NCBI GenBank assembly: GCA_002269645.1
Contig: NIVC01002316.1
Coordinates: forward strand, 1-64,000
From: Macrostomum lignano
Taxonomy: Eukaryota
DNA length: 64,000 nucleotides
Direction of reading: 5' to 3'
Below the pieces are notes generated by a model. The model searched no databases and had not been told where the DNA came from. It worked only from the letters and a program-made list of their open reading frames with translations. The position numbers and the translations under genes were made by a program. Below are positions 36,201 through 50,293 of this stretch, one piece after another. Each line of letters begins with the position of its first letter. The stretch's first letter is position 1.

Positions 36201-39200
36201 AAACATTCTTCTGTTCAGCTCTCAGCTTTTGTTCCGGCAACAACTGGGAAACTTTCTTCTGAAGCATATCGATATGTTGAAACTTCGTACTGTTAGAAAA
36301 TTCAGAAAACACTGGCAAAAATGAAGCAGCATACGCACCCCATTGGTCCAAATTGGAAAAGCTCAGGCAAGTAAACAGGTTCTTTAGCTGGTTTTCTTGT
36401 TTAAGTAAAACCGTAGATTGATCCAATTTCCATAAGTGCATGTCAGAGGTGGCTATCTTAGCTGACAAGACGTAGACAGTTTTGTCGCTTACGCTGACGC
36501 ATTGACCATCGAGTGTGACGAATATCGGCAACTTCTTTACAATTGTACACAGCTGCTCAACTTTGTAAGCCGACAACAAAGACTGCCAGTTTTCTTGGAT
36601 GTATTGTAAAACAACGAAAGCTTGCCTGCTGCTAGGTGACTTGCTCATTAGAATACAATTAAAAACACGGAGCATTTTAGCCGGTCGATCTACCGAGCCG
36701 CAGTGGCTCCGCAAGAAAGAATTGTCCGAGTTGATTTTCGGACAATGCAGCTCATCAAGAGCAGCGAGAAGATCGATGTTTAGATTGCTGAGCGATGCAT
36801 ATCCATCTACGCATAGAACACACGGCAAAAGAGAAACTGTTGCAAGTTTCGATTGAGAAGAGTCATTTGAGCCGACTCAATAGGAAGCAAAGCTGCATTT
36901 GATAAACAAGAGAGTTTATTTAACTGATGCGATTCAGAGTATAATTTCGATGAAAGGAATTCCCAAACATTAGTCAACCATTCGTCAGAAACAAAAGCAT
37001 CACCAGTCGAGTTTATGTTAGGAATCAAGCGTCTACTTGAGCAGATCAAATCAGGGAAAAACTTGGCAAGGAGCTCACTGAAATCAGCAATTCCAAACTC
37101 TTTGAAAAGTCTTGATTCGATTGCCTTTTTGTACGACTCAAAATTTTCGGAGAAAATTTTTAGAACGAGTTTATGAACAAACATTTTTCGAGCATTTGGA
37201 TCGGAGAAAATTCGTTCTGACCATGAGGTCAGGAATGCCGCTTTCTCTGTTGAAAATAATTCAAGGACATTGTCAGCTGCCAAGTTGAGTGGAGTTCCAG
37301 TAAGCAGTTGCACTTCATTATGCGCATCTGAGGCCGTCGTGTATGATCGCGTAATGAATTCGATCACACAAGCGACATTTTCTGCATTCTGGAAAGCGGT
37401 TTCCTCCACTGACTTTGGGAGCGCTCTGCGAAGTCTTGCACACAGTGGCCCATTTAGATAGTTTGACAAAACTGCTGGACTCAAAACGGGAATGTAGCTC
37501 TTTGTTTCTAGACTGCAGTTATACACGCGAAAGCGCGATATTAAATGTTTCAACTTTTCGTTTTCAACGACCAATGGAATACCCAACTGCATCAGCACTG
37601 GTCGCTGATCATGTATGCTCTCGCTTTCCACTAAAAAGCATGTCTTGCCGTCAACTGATTCCTCCGATGTGGCAAGTGGAAGCCAAGAAACGGTTCTATT
37701 CGCTCCAGACTGGCATGGTAGCAGAGCCCATCGGCCTGTCAGAAGTTCTCCATACAACCTATTTGCCATTTTGGCCCACAATGAACTACTTTCTCCTAGT
37801 TTTGGTAGCAAACAGCAGTAGCAATCAATTGAAAGGTCAGGCTGCTGTTTGATTGCGTCCAGCATCGTTGCATAGCAGTGGGGAAGAATTTCACATGTGA
37901 GCATATCGTTCCACTGCGTCTCTGCGTCCACTGAATGACCGCACCACAGAGCGCGCCTTGACGGGTCAAGTACAAAGCAACCGTTAATATGAACCGGTAG
38001 TTTCGTGCTTATTGGCAGTGGCAAAAGCGAGTACACACGATAAATCTCCGTGTCTCTGTGAGTACTCTGATTAGACAGCCTGGCAGCGACGCCTACTTTT
38101 GGAAGGATTGGCCAGCCTCCAGCGGCAACTTTTTTCTCAAGCTCCTTCAGTTGAGCAACAGGCCCATTCTGTGGCAGGCTCACACACTGAGCTATCATCC
38201 ATTTTTCAGTAGCGACAGAGCCTTGTTTTTTACTGCCTAATTTGTCCGCCTTCTCGCTAATCTCCAGAGTGTAAGCAATTGTGTCGCATGTCAAATTGGT
38301 CAGTGCAGCACCCGGCTGCTTCAGCGACATGCCAACGCTGCGACAAGATGCATTGAATGCAGAAAAATCACCTATTGATGTCGAGGCTCGAGCATTCGCT
38401 ACACAAATCTCTGTGATCGTTCCGTCCAGGTGCACCTCCATCAAGGTGATGCGTCGGACATTTGTAAGAAAGAGCATTGTACTGGCAATTTCACTTTGGA
38501 ATTCTTCGAAGAGTGCTTCGATCATAGCGCTACTGACTGAAGAGCTGCAGATCTTGGACTTTTCCGCTTGATCAGGAGTTCTCAAGGGTAATCGAAAAAT
38601 CGTGCATCCAGCCTGTTGCAGACGTCCTGGTAGGAAGCCCTCCAACGCGTCCTTGAACATTTCCTTGTGTCTCTGGGTCAGTAGATATTTGGCACCTGGA
38701 ATATTTGTACCAGCCAGATGTGTGTACCTGCAGTGAGGATCCAGAACACAGAAAGTATCGCCATTGCTAATTAACTGTGGTACGTCTGTAGCGTTGTACA
38801 CACAGTTGAATCCAACACCAAAACGGCCAGTCTTCCACGCTTCAGACTGCTTTGATCCAACGCCCAAGCTCTGAATGCCCTTCAAGTCCGACTCGGTGAA
38901 GACAGAGTTGCTGAACGCCAAAAGTGCAGGCCCCTGCAACTCATGCCAGGAATCACTCAGCACTTGCTTTCCAGGTAGCTTGCGCTTGTCATTTACAAAC
39001 ACGACTTCTGTTGCTTCCGCATCGTCAGCATTTTGAATAAGTTCTTTAAAGAGCTCAATGCCAAGAGGGTAACCCCTTAGGATTCCTTCTAGACGAGTGG
39101 TAAGATTCTCGCTTTGGCCAAAAGGCTCACAAATCTGTCGGAGGGTCTGTTCTCGTTGAGTTGGCACTCCAAGGCGCTCGCAGATCTCATAGGACAGACA

Positions 39201-42200
39201 CTTGTGCGTAAAATATAGACCAGGCATAGGGTCTAGTTGGCTTAACCATGGCAGATTGTTGTAGCACAGTTCTGAGCAGGGTCTCAGTGCTCCAGATCTG
39301 TCAGGTGCGAAAATCTCCTCTAAGTAAGGTACATGTACGTCTTCGTCAGTATCCAGGTGACTGATTAAGCAGTTAAGTAGTTCAACGCAGCTTCGTAGAA
39401 CTGTCGGTGATACCGGAGCGCTGCTGCTTTGCTGATGGATGCGCGCAAGAGCCTGACAATAACTTCTGGCATCAAATCTTCTGGCAACGCCGAGAGCAAG
39501 TAGAAATGGTGCACACTTTTTAGGTTTTCGAAGGTATCGCAACGTGAAAAGATGAGGCGGCAGCTCTGTATCAGTGGGTTCAAACGAGACCTGCTGTGGA
39601 AGCAAGAAGCCTCCAGTTTCATGGAATACTAATCGTTTCCGGCTGTTCGACATTTGAGCCTTTTTCATGCGTTTAATTTCTTCAGAAAACTGATCGCCAG
39701 AGAGGTGCCGGTAAACAGCTTCACATATATCTGTGTAGCAAAGATCTGAAGCTGATGAATGACTACTGGCCAGAGACTGCAGCTGCTGCCAAGCCAGATC
39801 CCAGCTAACAGAGTCGCACACGCCCAGTTCAACTAGCACATCATCCACATCATTAATGTTTAGAACGGTTTCGTCAAGCACATCGTGGTTTAGACCGACA
39901 AGATCTGCGAGGTGCTCGCGGAACAGATTCTGTGGATATTTCAGACAGTTGTCTCCCTTAACAGGCAGGAAAGCAATCCTAGACATCTGAGACAAAGCGT
40001 AATTTTTTTCCGAACTTTTCATTCCCCGAAGGTAGTAGAGCAGACTGCGAATACGATTGTACTGAAGCTGAGAGTTCAGCAACTTGGAAACACTTTTTGC
40101 TCGCTCCACGAGTTCCAGTCCAGTGATGTCCGTGCGCAAGCCAAGGTTGTTCAGAGCTTTCAGTACACAATCATCGGAGCACAGGTCATTTCGAGGAAAC
40201 ATCGCTGCATCTGCGGAGTCTGGTGTGCGGCAGAACAGGCTGGCAGCTCGGCACTTGGGACTAAGCAGGTCTGCTGGCCTTTTTAGGCTTCCACGACCGT
40301 CGGGTATGCAGCATGTGGTGCGCATTTTATCGCGCACCTTCTGCGTAACCAGTGCGCTGCAGGAGTCAAACTGAAAGCCGGGCCGTCCAATCAGTTTTAA
40401 AAGAAACGAAATAAATTCTTCAAAGTGCGATCGATTACTGCGCGAAAATATCGTATCGCTCTGCCACAGCTTTTCAGTAGAATTCAGTATACGCAGGACG
40501 GCGTCTTCTACAGACAGAATGCGGCATTGAAACTCTCGACCGGCGTACTTGATCGCGGCTGCATGCACTTCAGCGGTTAACCAGACGATTCCATCAGAGA
40601 CTTGGTCGATCAGACTCTCCAAGTGTTTGGCAACGTTGGTGAAGCTGCGCAGACTTGGTTCGGCGAATTCGCTCCTGGCAAAACTAAGCCAGCTGTCGGA
40701 ACAGGGGAACACGGCTGGACCATCTAATTTAAATGCCGACTTGTACAACTGGCGGGCAAGCGGCTCCCACAGTCGGCCGATCTAAAGTACATGAGAAATG
40801 GTGCGTTGGTGAGCTGACACAAATTTTAGGACTCGTCCACAGCTTAAACTACACAAAAGTCGCTGATGAAGCATTTGTTAAGCACAAAATAGGTTAAGCA
40901 CAAGATAGACTCAAGCATCATGAATGGCAATTACTCGTTCGGATATTTTTGAAAATATTTCCAAACGGTTCTCAAAACTCGCTATTCGAAAGTTTAGAAA
41001 AAACTCTTCCATACTAGAAAATCGAATAGCAACTCACCATTCCCTGCGGCCAGAGACGGAGAAACTTCTCGGCCGGGGCTCCATCCTTTGCCAGCAGTTC
41101 CAGGCAGCGCAAATAGGCGGGCGCCACAACGCCTGATAACAGGCAGGCGTTCCACTGGCCGGGGCTCCATTCGCCCCGCCTGTCGTCGCCTGTCGCCTCG
41201 AGCAGGTGGCGCCGGCTCGAGTCGAGCGCAAACGCGCCGTTCAAAAGCACCGGGAACGGTGGAGCCTCAGCGCCAGATGGCAGCGGCAGGAAGCAGAAGG
41301 CGGCCGACTCGGAAGGTGGCAGCTGAGCTGGCGTCATCCGGGATGCCCCCTCGAGACGGACGGCGACCGAGCCGACGGGTGACAGTGCCAGGCTGGGGTG
41401 CTCGGTGGCCATTTTGACCGCCTCGGAGCCTCCCAGCGCTGAAGTCACCAGCCAGCGACGCTCGCGTATGCGGCCAATTGTTGACAGTTGGCTGACAAAG
41501 TTCTGCCGGGCCTGCGGTGGCAGAGATTCGCCTAGGCTGACTTTCACTCGCATTGTGAAGCTGCTCAGCACCGGTTCCTGTCTGCCAGCTATTGGCTTCT
41601 TCATCACAGCTCGGGCCGCCTTCAGCAGGCTGCAGTGAACCGCAAGCGGCTCCGTCACGCCCGGAGTCGGCAGGCTGTGGCTGGAGAGACTGCGCTCCAG
41701 ACTGCGCTCAACCAGCAGCAGCGTCTGACAATTTTGACAGTTGTGAAAATCTTACCACTCTGGACTTTGTAGCATTACATAAAAATTCTTGGATTGATAC
41801 AGCTTCCAACATGCAGTAGCCTTATCTGTTTCATTATTCATTATTTATAAATTACATGTAACATGTAGACTTACAACTAATTTTTTCCATACGCAACCAA
41901 CACAAAAACGCGTCATCAGATAAAACCCGGCCCCAAAAATAAAGACCACCATAAGCCAACAACCCTCTTCCCTTTATGGACTGTAGAGAGTTATTAAAAC
42001 CATACCGTAATGTGCTACATAAAGTAATACTCTAAGAAAAGTCTATTTTAATCTGCAACCTAGAGACTAGAGTCATGCGCAAGTAGAGTGATTTAGAACC
42101 CTACGTAGGACCAACGTCTGTTTGATCAAGGAACCGGTTTTCAACAGCTGTGTTTGCTTAACTCCATATAAGGTAATGCTTAAACATGCATGACCGCTTA

Positions 42201-45200
42201 ATCAAACATGTATGACCGAAGTAAATATCCGAGTAAAAAATTCAGACTTGGAGCGGTCTCAAATAAGACTTTGAAGAAGAAAAGAACACCAATCTCCGAG
42301 GGACTACACTTGTCCAATTGGTGAGCGTTTAACAGCTTTAGTTCTTTGTTGCTAGCATTAATAAGTCGATTAATTGAGTTTACGAGAGCCATTTATTGTC
42401 GAAATCTTTGAGACAGGCCTCCTTATTTCCTAGAATATATTCTTAGAGGATTTATTTATTGATTTGAGTTATCTGTTACGTTTCGGACGTGACGAAGACG
42501 CCCTTTAGGAGGATCTATTACAGAACTCAGAGAATTCAATTGTTCATTAGGGCGCACGTTCTATTGTTAATTCCGAGCTCGAGGACCGTCAAGATCTCTG
42601 ATTCGCTCTCGTTTTTGGTCGACCCACAGTTAAAGTCAAGGATCCACGGAAGCCAGCCGTCACTACAGCAAGCAAGGTCAGCTACACCCTTCAAGACAAA
42701 GACGCTTGCAAGTTACCAGAGGAGCCGCTTCAGTAAGATTTATTTGATTTAGCATATACCTAGGCACTTGTTCCCCAGTGTCTAGAGTGGGAGTTTTCGA
42801 GTGACTGATCAACACTTTTAAACTCTTCAGGACCAACAATCCCGGTTATACGCCAACAAATCACTTTGTAAACTTCTGATTGACTGACAATTCATTCAAC
42901 AACCTACTTGATAGGCTAACAATTCCCACTAAGTAAACCAACAATCCTGTTTATGGATGAAGATCTATTCCTTACTCAAACGCAAGAGTTACTAGCCTAT
43001 TGCATTGGGACGAACTCTAACCGCCATAATCAGAAATAGCTCCAAATCCAAACCTTGCATTCTGAGTGGCCCTCGCCTCGATAAGCGAGCCGCAGCCGGC
43101 GCACCGACTGGGCGAACATGATGAGATTAGTCGCCTGCTCAGCAGTCTGTCGCATCAGAGACCAGGCGTCGTTAACCGAGTAGTGGAGCTGACGGATGCG
43201 CGACTTTCTAGCCAGAGCTGGCGAACGGAGCGGCAGGCGGATCAGGGTGCCCTGGTACGGCCTGCCTTGGCGCAGGTCGCAGCCCAGCATGCCCTGCGAG
43301 TTGAATTGCATTAGAATATGTTGGTTCATTTGGTTCTTGTTGATCTTGTTAAGCATAAAGAAACCAAAGCCAACTTTTTAGTGGCACGGGAGAGGGGCGG
43401 GGCAGAGCATCTCAGCGGTAAGCGCGTCTGACTCTCGCGCCGTGACCCCTTGGTTTGATTCCGTGCGCAAACACTTTCATTTGGGGCAGGAGGGTTGTCG
43501 TGTTACGAGGGCCAACCCCCAAGGCATAGAGAGCGTACATGCCTGACGATTAAAAAGCCAAGGGTCGCTGTACACCTTTGTATACACCTTTTCGCTGTAC
43601 ACGTTGTCGCTAACAATGTAGCGCCATGCCAGTACGCCTACATACCTCGTGCGATTATTATTATTTTGATTATGATCGGAAACTCTGTTTCTTAGAAATC
43701 CTTTAAAGCTGGTTATACACCAAAATATACAAGAAATAGATAAACATTTTGGCACAAAACAGGGGCTTTTAATACAGCTTGCTAGTTTCATTGCTCCACT
43801 AATTTTTGCAAAGAGCTATTTGAAAAATAGTCATAGCTAAGTCTAGCTCGTGTTTTAAATGACTTGCATTGTCTAGCAATGGAATATCTTGTAATTAGAA
43901 GCAATAAACAGATTTTATTAAAAGATTAGCTCTCGATCTGATTCAAACATAACATCTCGTTAGTGCATTTTGGCGTACGAGTAAAGCTAGCCTTCATAGA
44001 ATTTCTAACAAAACGAAATTTTGCATCTTTCTAATAAAGTCGTCCTTCTAAAAACTTGCCTGATAAGGCGCCAACTGATCCTTGTACTCAGTGAACGCCT
44101 CTCCATGGGCTGACAGGTCTAGCCTTACTCCAGTCTGTCGCTGGCCCATGCTCTGGTACAAGTTCTCCAAGTAGCCACCGCCAACCTGGTCGCCGTGCGG
44201 GTCTAGCACCTGCAGCATTTAATGAGACACTTGGATGTTTTCAATAAACACCACCCATTTAATGAGACTCTCGACTCATAGCACCTGCTATGCCTGATCT
44301 TTGATGGTGATGCTTCTGAGCCCCATACATCAGCTTGATTCTCTCCCGACACTCCTGATTGATTCTCCTGACACTCCTGATTGATTCTCCTGACACTCCT
44401 GATTGATTCTCCTGACACTCCTGATTGATTCTCCTGACACTCCTGATTGATTCTCCTGACACTCCTGATTGATTCTCCTGACACTCCTGATTGATTCTCC
44501 TGACACTCCTGATTGATTCTCCTGACACTCCTGATTGATTCTCCTGACACTCCTGATTGATTCTCCTGACACTCCTGATTGATTCTCCTGACACTCCTGA
44601 TTGATTCTCCTGACACTCCTGATTGATTCTCCTGACACGCCTGATTGATTCTCCTGACACTCCTGATTGATTCTCTCCCGACACTCCTGATTGATTCTCC
44701 TGACACTCCTGATTGATTCCCCTGACACTCCTGATTGATTCTCCTGACACGCCTGATTGATTCCCCTGACACTCCTGATTGATTCTCCTGACACGCCTGA
44801 TTGATTCTCCTGACACTCCTGATTGATTCTCCTGACACTCCTGATTGATTCTCCTGACACTCCTGATTGATTCTCCTGACACTCCTGATTGATTCTCCTG
44901 ACACTCCTGATTGATTCTCCTGACACGCCTGATTGATTCTCCTGACACTCCTGATTGATTCTCCTGACACTCCTGATTGATTCTCCTGACACTCCTGATT
45001 GATTCTCTCCCGACACTCCTGATTGATTCTCCTGACACTCCTGATTGATTCACCTGACACTCCTGATTGATTCTCCTGACACTCCTGATTGATTCTCCTG
45101 ACACGCCTGATTGATTCCCCTGACACTCCTGATTGATTCTCCTGACACTCCTGATTGATTCTCCTGACACTCCTGATTGATTCTCCTGACACGCCTGATT

Positions 45201-47062
45201 GATTCCCCTGACACTCCTGATTGATTCTCCTGACACTCCTGATTGATTCTCCTGACACTCCTGATTGATTCCCCTGACACTCCTGATTGATTCCCCTCAC
45301 ACTCCTGGTTGATTCACCTGACACTCCTGATTGATTCTCCTGACACGCCTGATTGATTCCCCTGACACTCCTGATTGATTCCCCTGACACTCCTGATTGA
45401 TTAACCTGACACTCCTGATTTATTCACAGCTGACACTCCTCAATGATAAAAGTACATTTACTGAAACTGGTTGTATCCCATTGAACTCTATTTTCTGACA
45501 CTTCATCACAGTGATAGTATTTTGAGAGGTAAACCATCAGAGGTAAAAGCCGAGAGATCAGCCATCACACCTGCAGGAAATGTCCGCTAAGCACCGAAGG
45601 GACATCCGTGAGGTTGTAAACGGCATTGAATCCCAGGCCGAACTTGCCAACCTGGCCCTCGTCGAGCCGCGCTCGCTTAGTGGCGCCGCCAAGTCGCAAT
45701 AAATTATCGAAGTCGCTCTGCGTAAATGAAGCGTCATTGTGCGCCCACAGGCTCGGGCCCTGCGTGACCAAAAGGGGTTGGCAGACAGTTTCACTAAACA
45801 CACCCCACAAATCCCAGGATGCCCCACAAATTCCAGGATACCCCACAAATCCCAGGATGCCCCACAAATTCCAGGATACCCCACAAATCCCAGGATGCCC
45901 CACAAATTCCAGGATACCCCACAAATCCCAGGATACCCCACAAATCCCAGGATACCCCACAAATCCCAGGATACCCCACAAATCCCAGGATACCCTCACA
46001 AATCCCAGGATACCCTCACAAATCCCAGGATACCCTCACAAATCCCAGGATACCCTCACAAATCCCAGGATGCCCCACAACTCCCAGGATACCCCACAAA
46101 TCCCAGGATACCCTCACAAATTTCAGGATGCCCCACAAATCCCAGGATACCCCACAAATCCCAGGATACCCCACAACTCCCAGGATACCCCACAAATCCC
46201 AGGATACCCCACAAATCCCAGGATGCCCCACAAATCCCAGGATACCCCACAAATCCCAGGATGCCCCACAAATCCTAGGATACCCTTAAAAATCCCAGGA
46301 TACCCCACAAAACCCAAGATATCCTAAAAACCGCAGGATACCTCACAACCCACAGAATGCCTCACAACCCACAGAATGCCTCACAACCCACAGAATACCT
46401 CACAACCCACAGAATGCCTCACAACCCATATAATGCCCCAGAACCCACAGAATATCTTACAAGCCAAGATACCTCACAATCCACAGAATACCTCACAACC
46501 CACAGAATACCTCACCTCACAACCCACAGCATACCTCATAAACCAAAGGATACCCCACAAACTCCAGGGTACCTTACAAACCACAGGATACCCCACAAAC
46601 CCCAGGATACCCCACAAACTTCAGGATACCATACGAACTTCAGGACTGCAAGATACATAAAAAACTCTGGATATTAATGAACCAGACATCTTTGAATGCT
46701 CTGTATAACAAATATAAAGTCGAGTTTAACAATTAAGGATTCATCTGGCACACTTCTTATAGCTAATAGAAATAATTATTTGCTGTAAAATGATTTTGAG
46801 TTGCTTAAACACAAGCTCAAATGGGCTTTTTCCTCACCTGCCAATCTGCCAGTTGAGGGTCCAGAAGGCTTTTGCAGTAATCTAGGTGATTTCGTGTGTC
46901 CAGCACCAAGGTCAACTCTGTGGCCCCTGCATCATCAGCATTTTGTAGCAGCTCCTTAGGCACAGCAAGGCCATCTGAGTATTCACCTAGGAGGCCACGT
47001 ATTCGATCAGTAAGGCTCTCAGACTGACCTCTAAGGATCAGGCCTCGCCTATGCGAATGCAT
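33213..47062 (-). CDS. SACS: Sacsin-like protein (SRR2- and SRR3-type HSP90-like repeats, degenerate J domain, HEPN); frameshifted 3' portion in this sequence
   Basis: Exons 47062-46838, 45759-45571, 44209-44060 (GC donor), 43293-43054, 41724-41038, 40781-33213. Motifs KELLQNADDAGA, GKFGLGFNAVYNLTD, ELFKELIQNADDAEA, GRFGVGFNCVYNATD, LPVHINGCF, HEPN AHQAAEKALKA...CRYP. About 8 frameshifts between 33.3 and 36.9 kb must be bridged; true stop at 33213. Confidence 0.85.
42474..43030. mobile_element. Possible solo LTR in sacsin intron 4
   Basis: One end reads TGTTACG (CGTAACA on the minus strand) and starts a ~550-bp compositionally distinct block; the other end and TSD are unresolved. Confidence 0.25.
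43402..43740 (+). mobile_element. tRNA-derived SINE in sacsin intron 3
   Basis: A-box-like CTCAGCGGTAAGCGCGTCTGACTC and B-box-like GGTTTGATTCC at tRNA spacing; no full cloverleaf; 3' boundary approximate. Confidence 0.45.
44335..45440. repeat. 22-bp minisatellite, about 50 copies, sacsin intron 2
   Basis: Unit CTCCTGATTGATTCTCCTGACA; explains ORFs 44203..45390 and related. Confidence 0.95.
45800..46640. repeat. 19-bp minisatellite grading into a degenerate variant, sacsin intron 1
   Basis: Unit CCCCACAAATCCCAGGATA, then CCTCACAACCCACAGAATG. Confidence 0.9.
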
Positions 47063-50000
47063 ATGTATTGTTAGATGCCAAAGCTGACTTGTTTAGCATG
47101 AAGTTGAATTATGTTATTATTGATTAAAAAGCTAGAGATAATGTTTATAACTCAACTTAAATATGTTGAATATAAGCTGAACTATAAATGTGTTGAAATT
47201 TATACTGAGAAGAAAACAAAATATATAATTGATAAAATAATATTCTAGAATGTAGCATAATATATTTTTTCTTTTAATTTTTAAATTCTATTCTTGGCAC
47301 ATAAATAACAACATAATAAGTTTTTAGAACTCTCTCGAGTGAATAATTTTTTTAAAACGTTGATTTTATAGTTAAGTCAAAAATAAATAAATAAACTTAA
47401 ATTAAATTAAACTTAAATTAAACTAACTGCAAAAATATGTTAAACAAAGTCTATTACTAATAAATAGTATTTTCATAGTCTATTACAAAATCAAGTTTTA
47501 ATTTGTCATTGTATAAAATCAACCTAATTCTTCCGTGGTTGATTAAAAGAGCTCCTATCAGCTCCTATCTCATAAAAGAGCCAAGGAGGTCCGCTTGATA
47601 ATTTTGAAAAACGAAAAACGAAAGATTAATTTAAAAAATGTCTCCACCATTTTTCGATTTAAAACGTTAAACACGACATTGTGTTGCTAGGTAACCAGCT
47701 TAAGTGTGATGTCCTGGGTTGGTTTATAAGAGTCCAAGTGTTTGTCTAATGCTGTGAAGAGAATGGACAGGATAATTTATTACAATTTCGTTTTACGCTA
47801 CAACTACTGGACTACTGGTTTTTGCGCATCGAAATGAAAGCAATGTTAAAGATGTCAAATTATACATGTGGCACTTCATAATTTACTTTCTCATACAAGC
47901 GTTGCCGCAACGAGAAAAAACTTCATAACCTATTTAGGTAAAATATATTTGCTTGTTAGCTTCCTTTTCCTAGCTTGTTGATGATTAGAAGCATACTACA
48001 TTTAGGATTATATCAAAATGTAAATTAAATGCTATTTTTGACAGAACAATTAAACTGAAACGTAAAATTACGTGTACGCAGAGTATAGTGCAGTCGGAAA
48101 TATTTTACACATGAACAACTATAGAGTTGTGCACTCTAGTTTTCCATGATTTTACATCTGCATCACTATGCTTAAGCATTAGTTTCATTGAAAACTCAGT
48201 TTTTCTGAACAAATCAAGTCATTCATGAAAAAAATTCTTATACATGTACAAACTCCACTTTTGAAAATTGAGTTCGCGTTGACACCTCTTATTTTCAATT
48301 TTAGTCGACTCGATTTTGTCCCCAATTATGGCATTATAAATGGAGGACGTTTTGCGTATGTAATTAAAATAAAAACAAAAAGCCGACTTTTATAGCAGCT
48401 ATTTCCGATGGACACCCATAGCTAGAATTATAAATTTTCAACTCAAAATTTGCTTTTGATTTCGGACGTAAAGACGCTGCTTGCATGTACATGTACGACA
48501 TTGTATGGTGCCGTCCATGAGACTACATATGCGTGTAATACATGTACGAGACGTACTGTTGTTTAATAAATCACAACTGCATGGTAACACCTTGACATTT
48601 ACTACGGAGCAGCTTGACAATTCAAATTAGAATTCTGTTGAAAGGCAAATTTAAAACTAACTTTGGTTCCTCCAGATCCTGCTTTGTAATCATTCATGCT
48701 TAATTACAGTAACAGATGTTAATTCTTATATATAATATATATTTAAACTTGCAAGCTACAAAAGAAACTTTAAAATGAAAATGGAAAATATATGAACTAA
48801 TACACGGGTCAAACGTTATTCAGATAATTTGTGAAGTGGCTCGAACTTTTAGGGAGTTTGGGATGCTATTAGGGCACACGTGGCGATATGTACGGTAAGT
48901 AGCTGTACGCAGCACTGCCAATCAGTATAGGAATACAGAGGACACGCCATATATTAATGCACGTGGTAACTGTATCAACAAAGTATGGCGCAATGTTATC
49001 AAAGGAACATTTTCAACGCAATGCGCTTAATAGCCTACTTACAGTAACACCTGTCAATGGCTTAGCTTTTTAAATGTATTACAAAATCGAAAGCAAGAGA
49101 AAGTATAACTTTATATGCACGATTTAAACTGATTTGACCCGATGGAAGCTTGTGATATAGTGGAACTGCTTTTTCTATCGAGCCCAGTGTGTACTTTTAC
49201 TGCAATCCGCCGTTATTAGAGTTTTAACAGCAACACAAAAACGTATTGCTTCCTCCGAGTAGCAGCGAGTCATATTGCGGAAGATATCAAAACGAAGTTT
49301 TTAAAAAACAACAACTAGAAAGAAGACCAGTACTTGAAGCAAAATAATAGTACACAAAAATAGTTAGCAAAGTGCATAGTTGGATCAGTAAAACAGCATG
49401 GGCAAAGTGTAAGTATTGATAACGGCTCGGCAACGCGTGTTGCGAGTGTGTACATTGCATGGCGTCCAGTGCAGACAAGCAGAACAACCGCAAATAGAAG
49501 GCAAGTAACACAAAAATAATGTCGAGAAGAAAATTCAGCCCTGTACATAATGAGTTCGCCGATTGGAAACAGTAATTTTTCAACTGATTTAAAACGATTT
49601 GAACTTAGTTTACAAAATGAGATACTGCTGCTAAGAGAAACCCACCGTTTTAACGGGCATGTTTGCAGTAGCCATGCTTGAATTCATCTCAGAAAGAATG
49701 AAACCAGACTCTTAGATTATGATGAAGCAATATCTATAGCCTAACAGACAAATAAGAAAGAAGCAATGGATTTTTAGGCTAAAAAACTTTTTAAACGCAC
49801 AACATGCACTTTTAAAAGGAAGTAGCTTCATCAACATAAACAGTTGTTAACAACTGAAAACGATGCGAATTTCGGTGGCGCAGACTTCAACGTACGAATA
49901 CAAGAGAAACAGTTGAAAACTTTACTAAATTTTGTTTACAATAGTAATGGCATAATAACTGATATAAGAAGGAAAAATATTTACCTACTAATGCAAACAA

Positions 50001-50293
50001 AAACTATCCTTAGATGCTTTTTAATAAAATTTACTCATCTCTATTCAGGCTTCGATTTTTTTCGGGCGCTGCAAATTCGTTTTCGTCTACTTAACAGTAG
50101 CAATATGAGAATATGTTATTGTATAGCGAGTGACGCAAAATAAAAGCTTGGTTAAGAATGCTACGGGATATTTAAGGAAACGGCTTAGCAGGCCAATGCA
50201 AAACGAGTATAGAAAATATTGATGCGCTGCTGACAGCACTGTGACAGAACGGGAAGTCGCCAAATGTACAGTAGAGGGGGGAAGCAGCTGGCG

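Noticed and set aside
35420-36900. Programmed ribosomal frameshifting or micro-introns to explain the sacsin breaks
   Set aside because: No slippery heptamers or GT-AG pairs at the shift points, and eight serial events are implausible.
43402-43470. Functional tRNA gene
   Set aside because: The B box is mutated and acceptor and anticodon stems cannot be formed; treated as a SINE head.
44203-46327. Long repetitive ORFs (395, 325, 233 aa and others)
   Set aside because: Stop-free minisatellites inside sacsin introns, bounded by valid splice sites.
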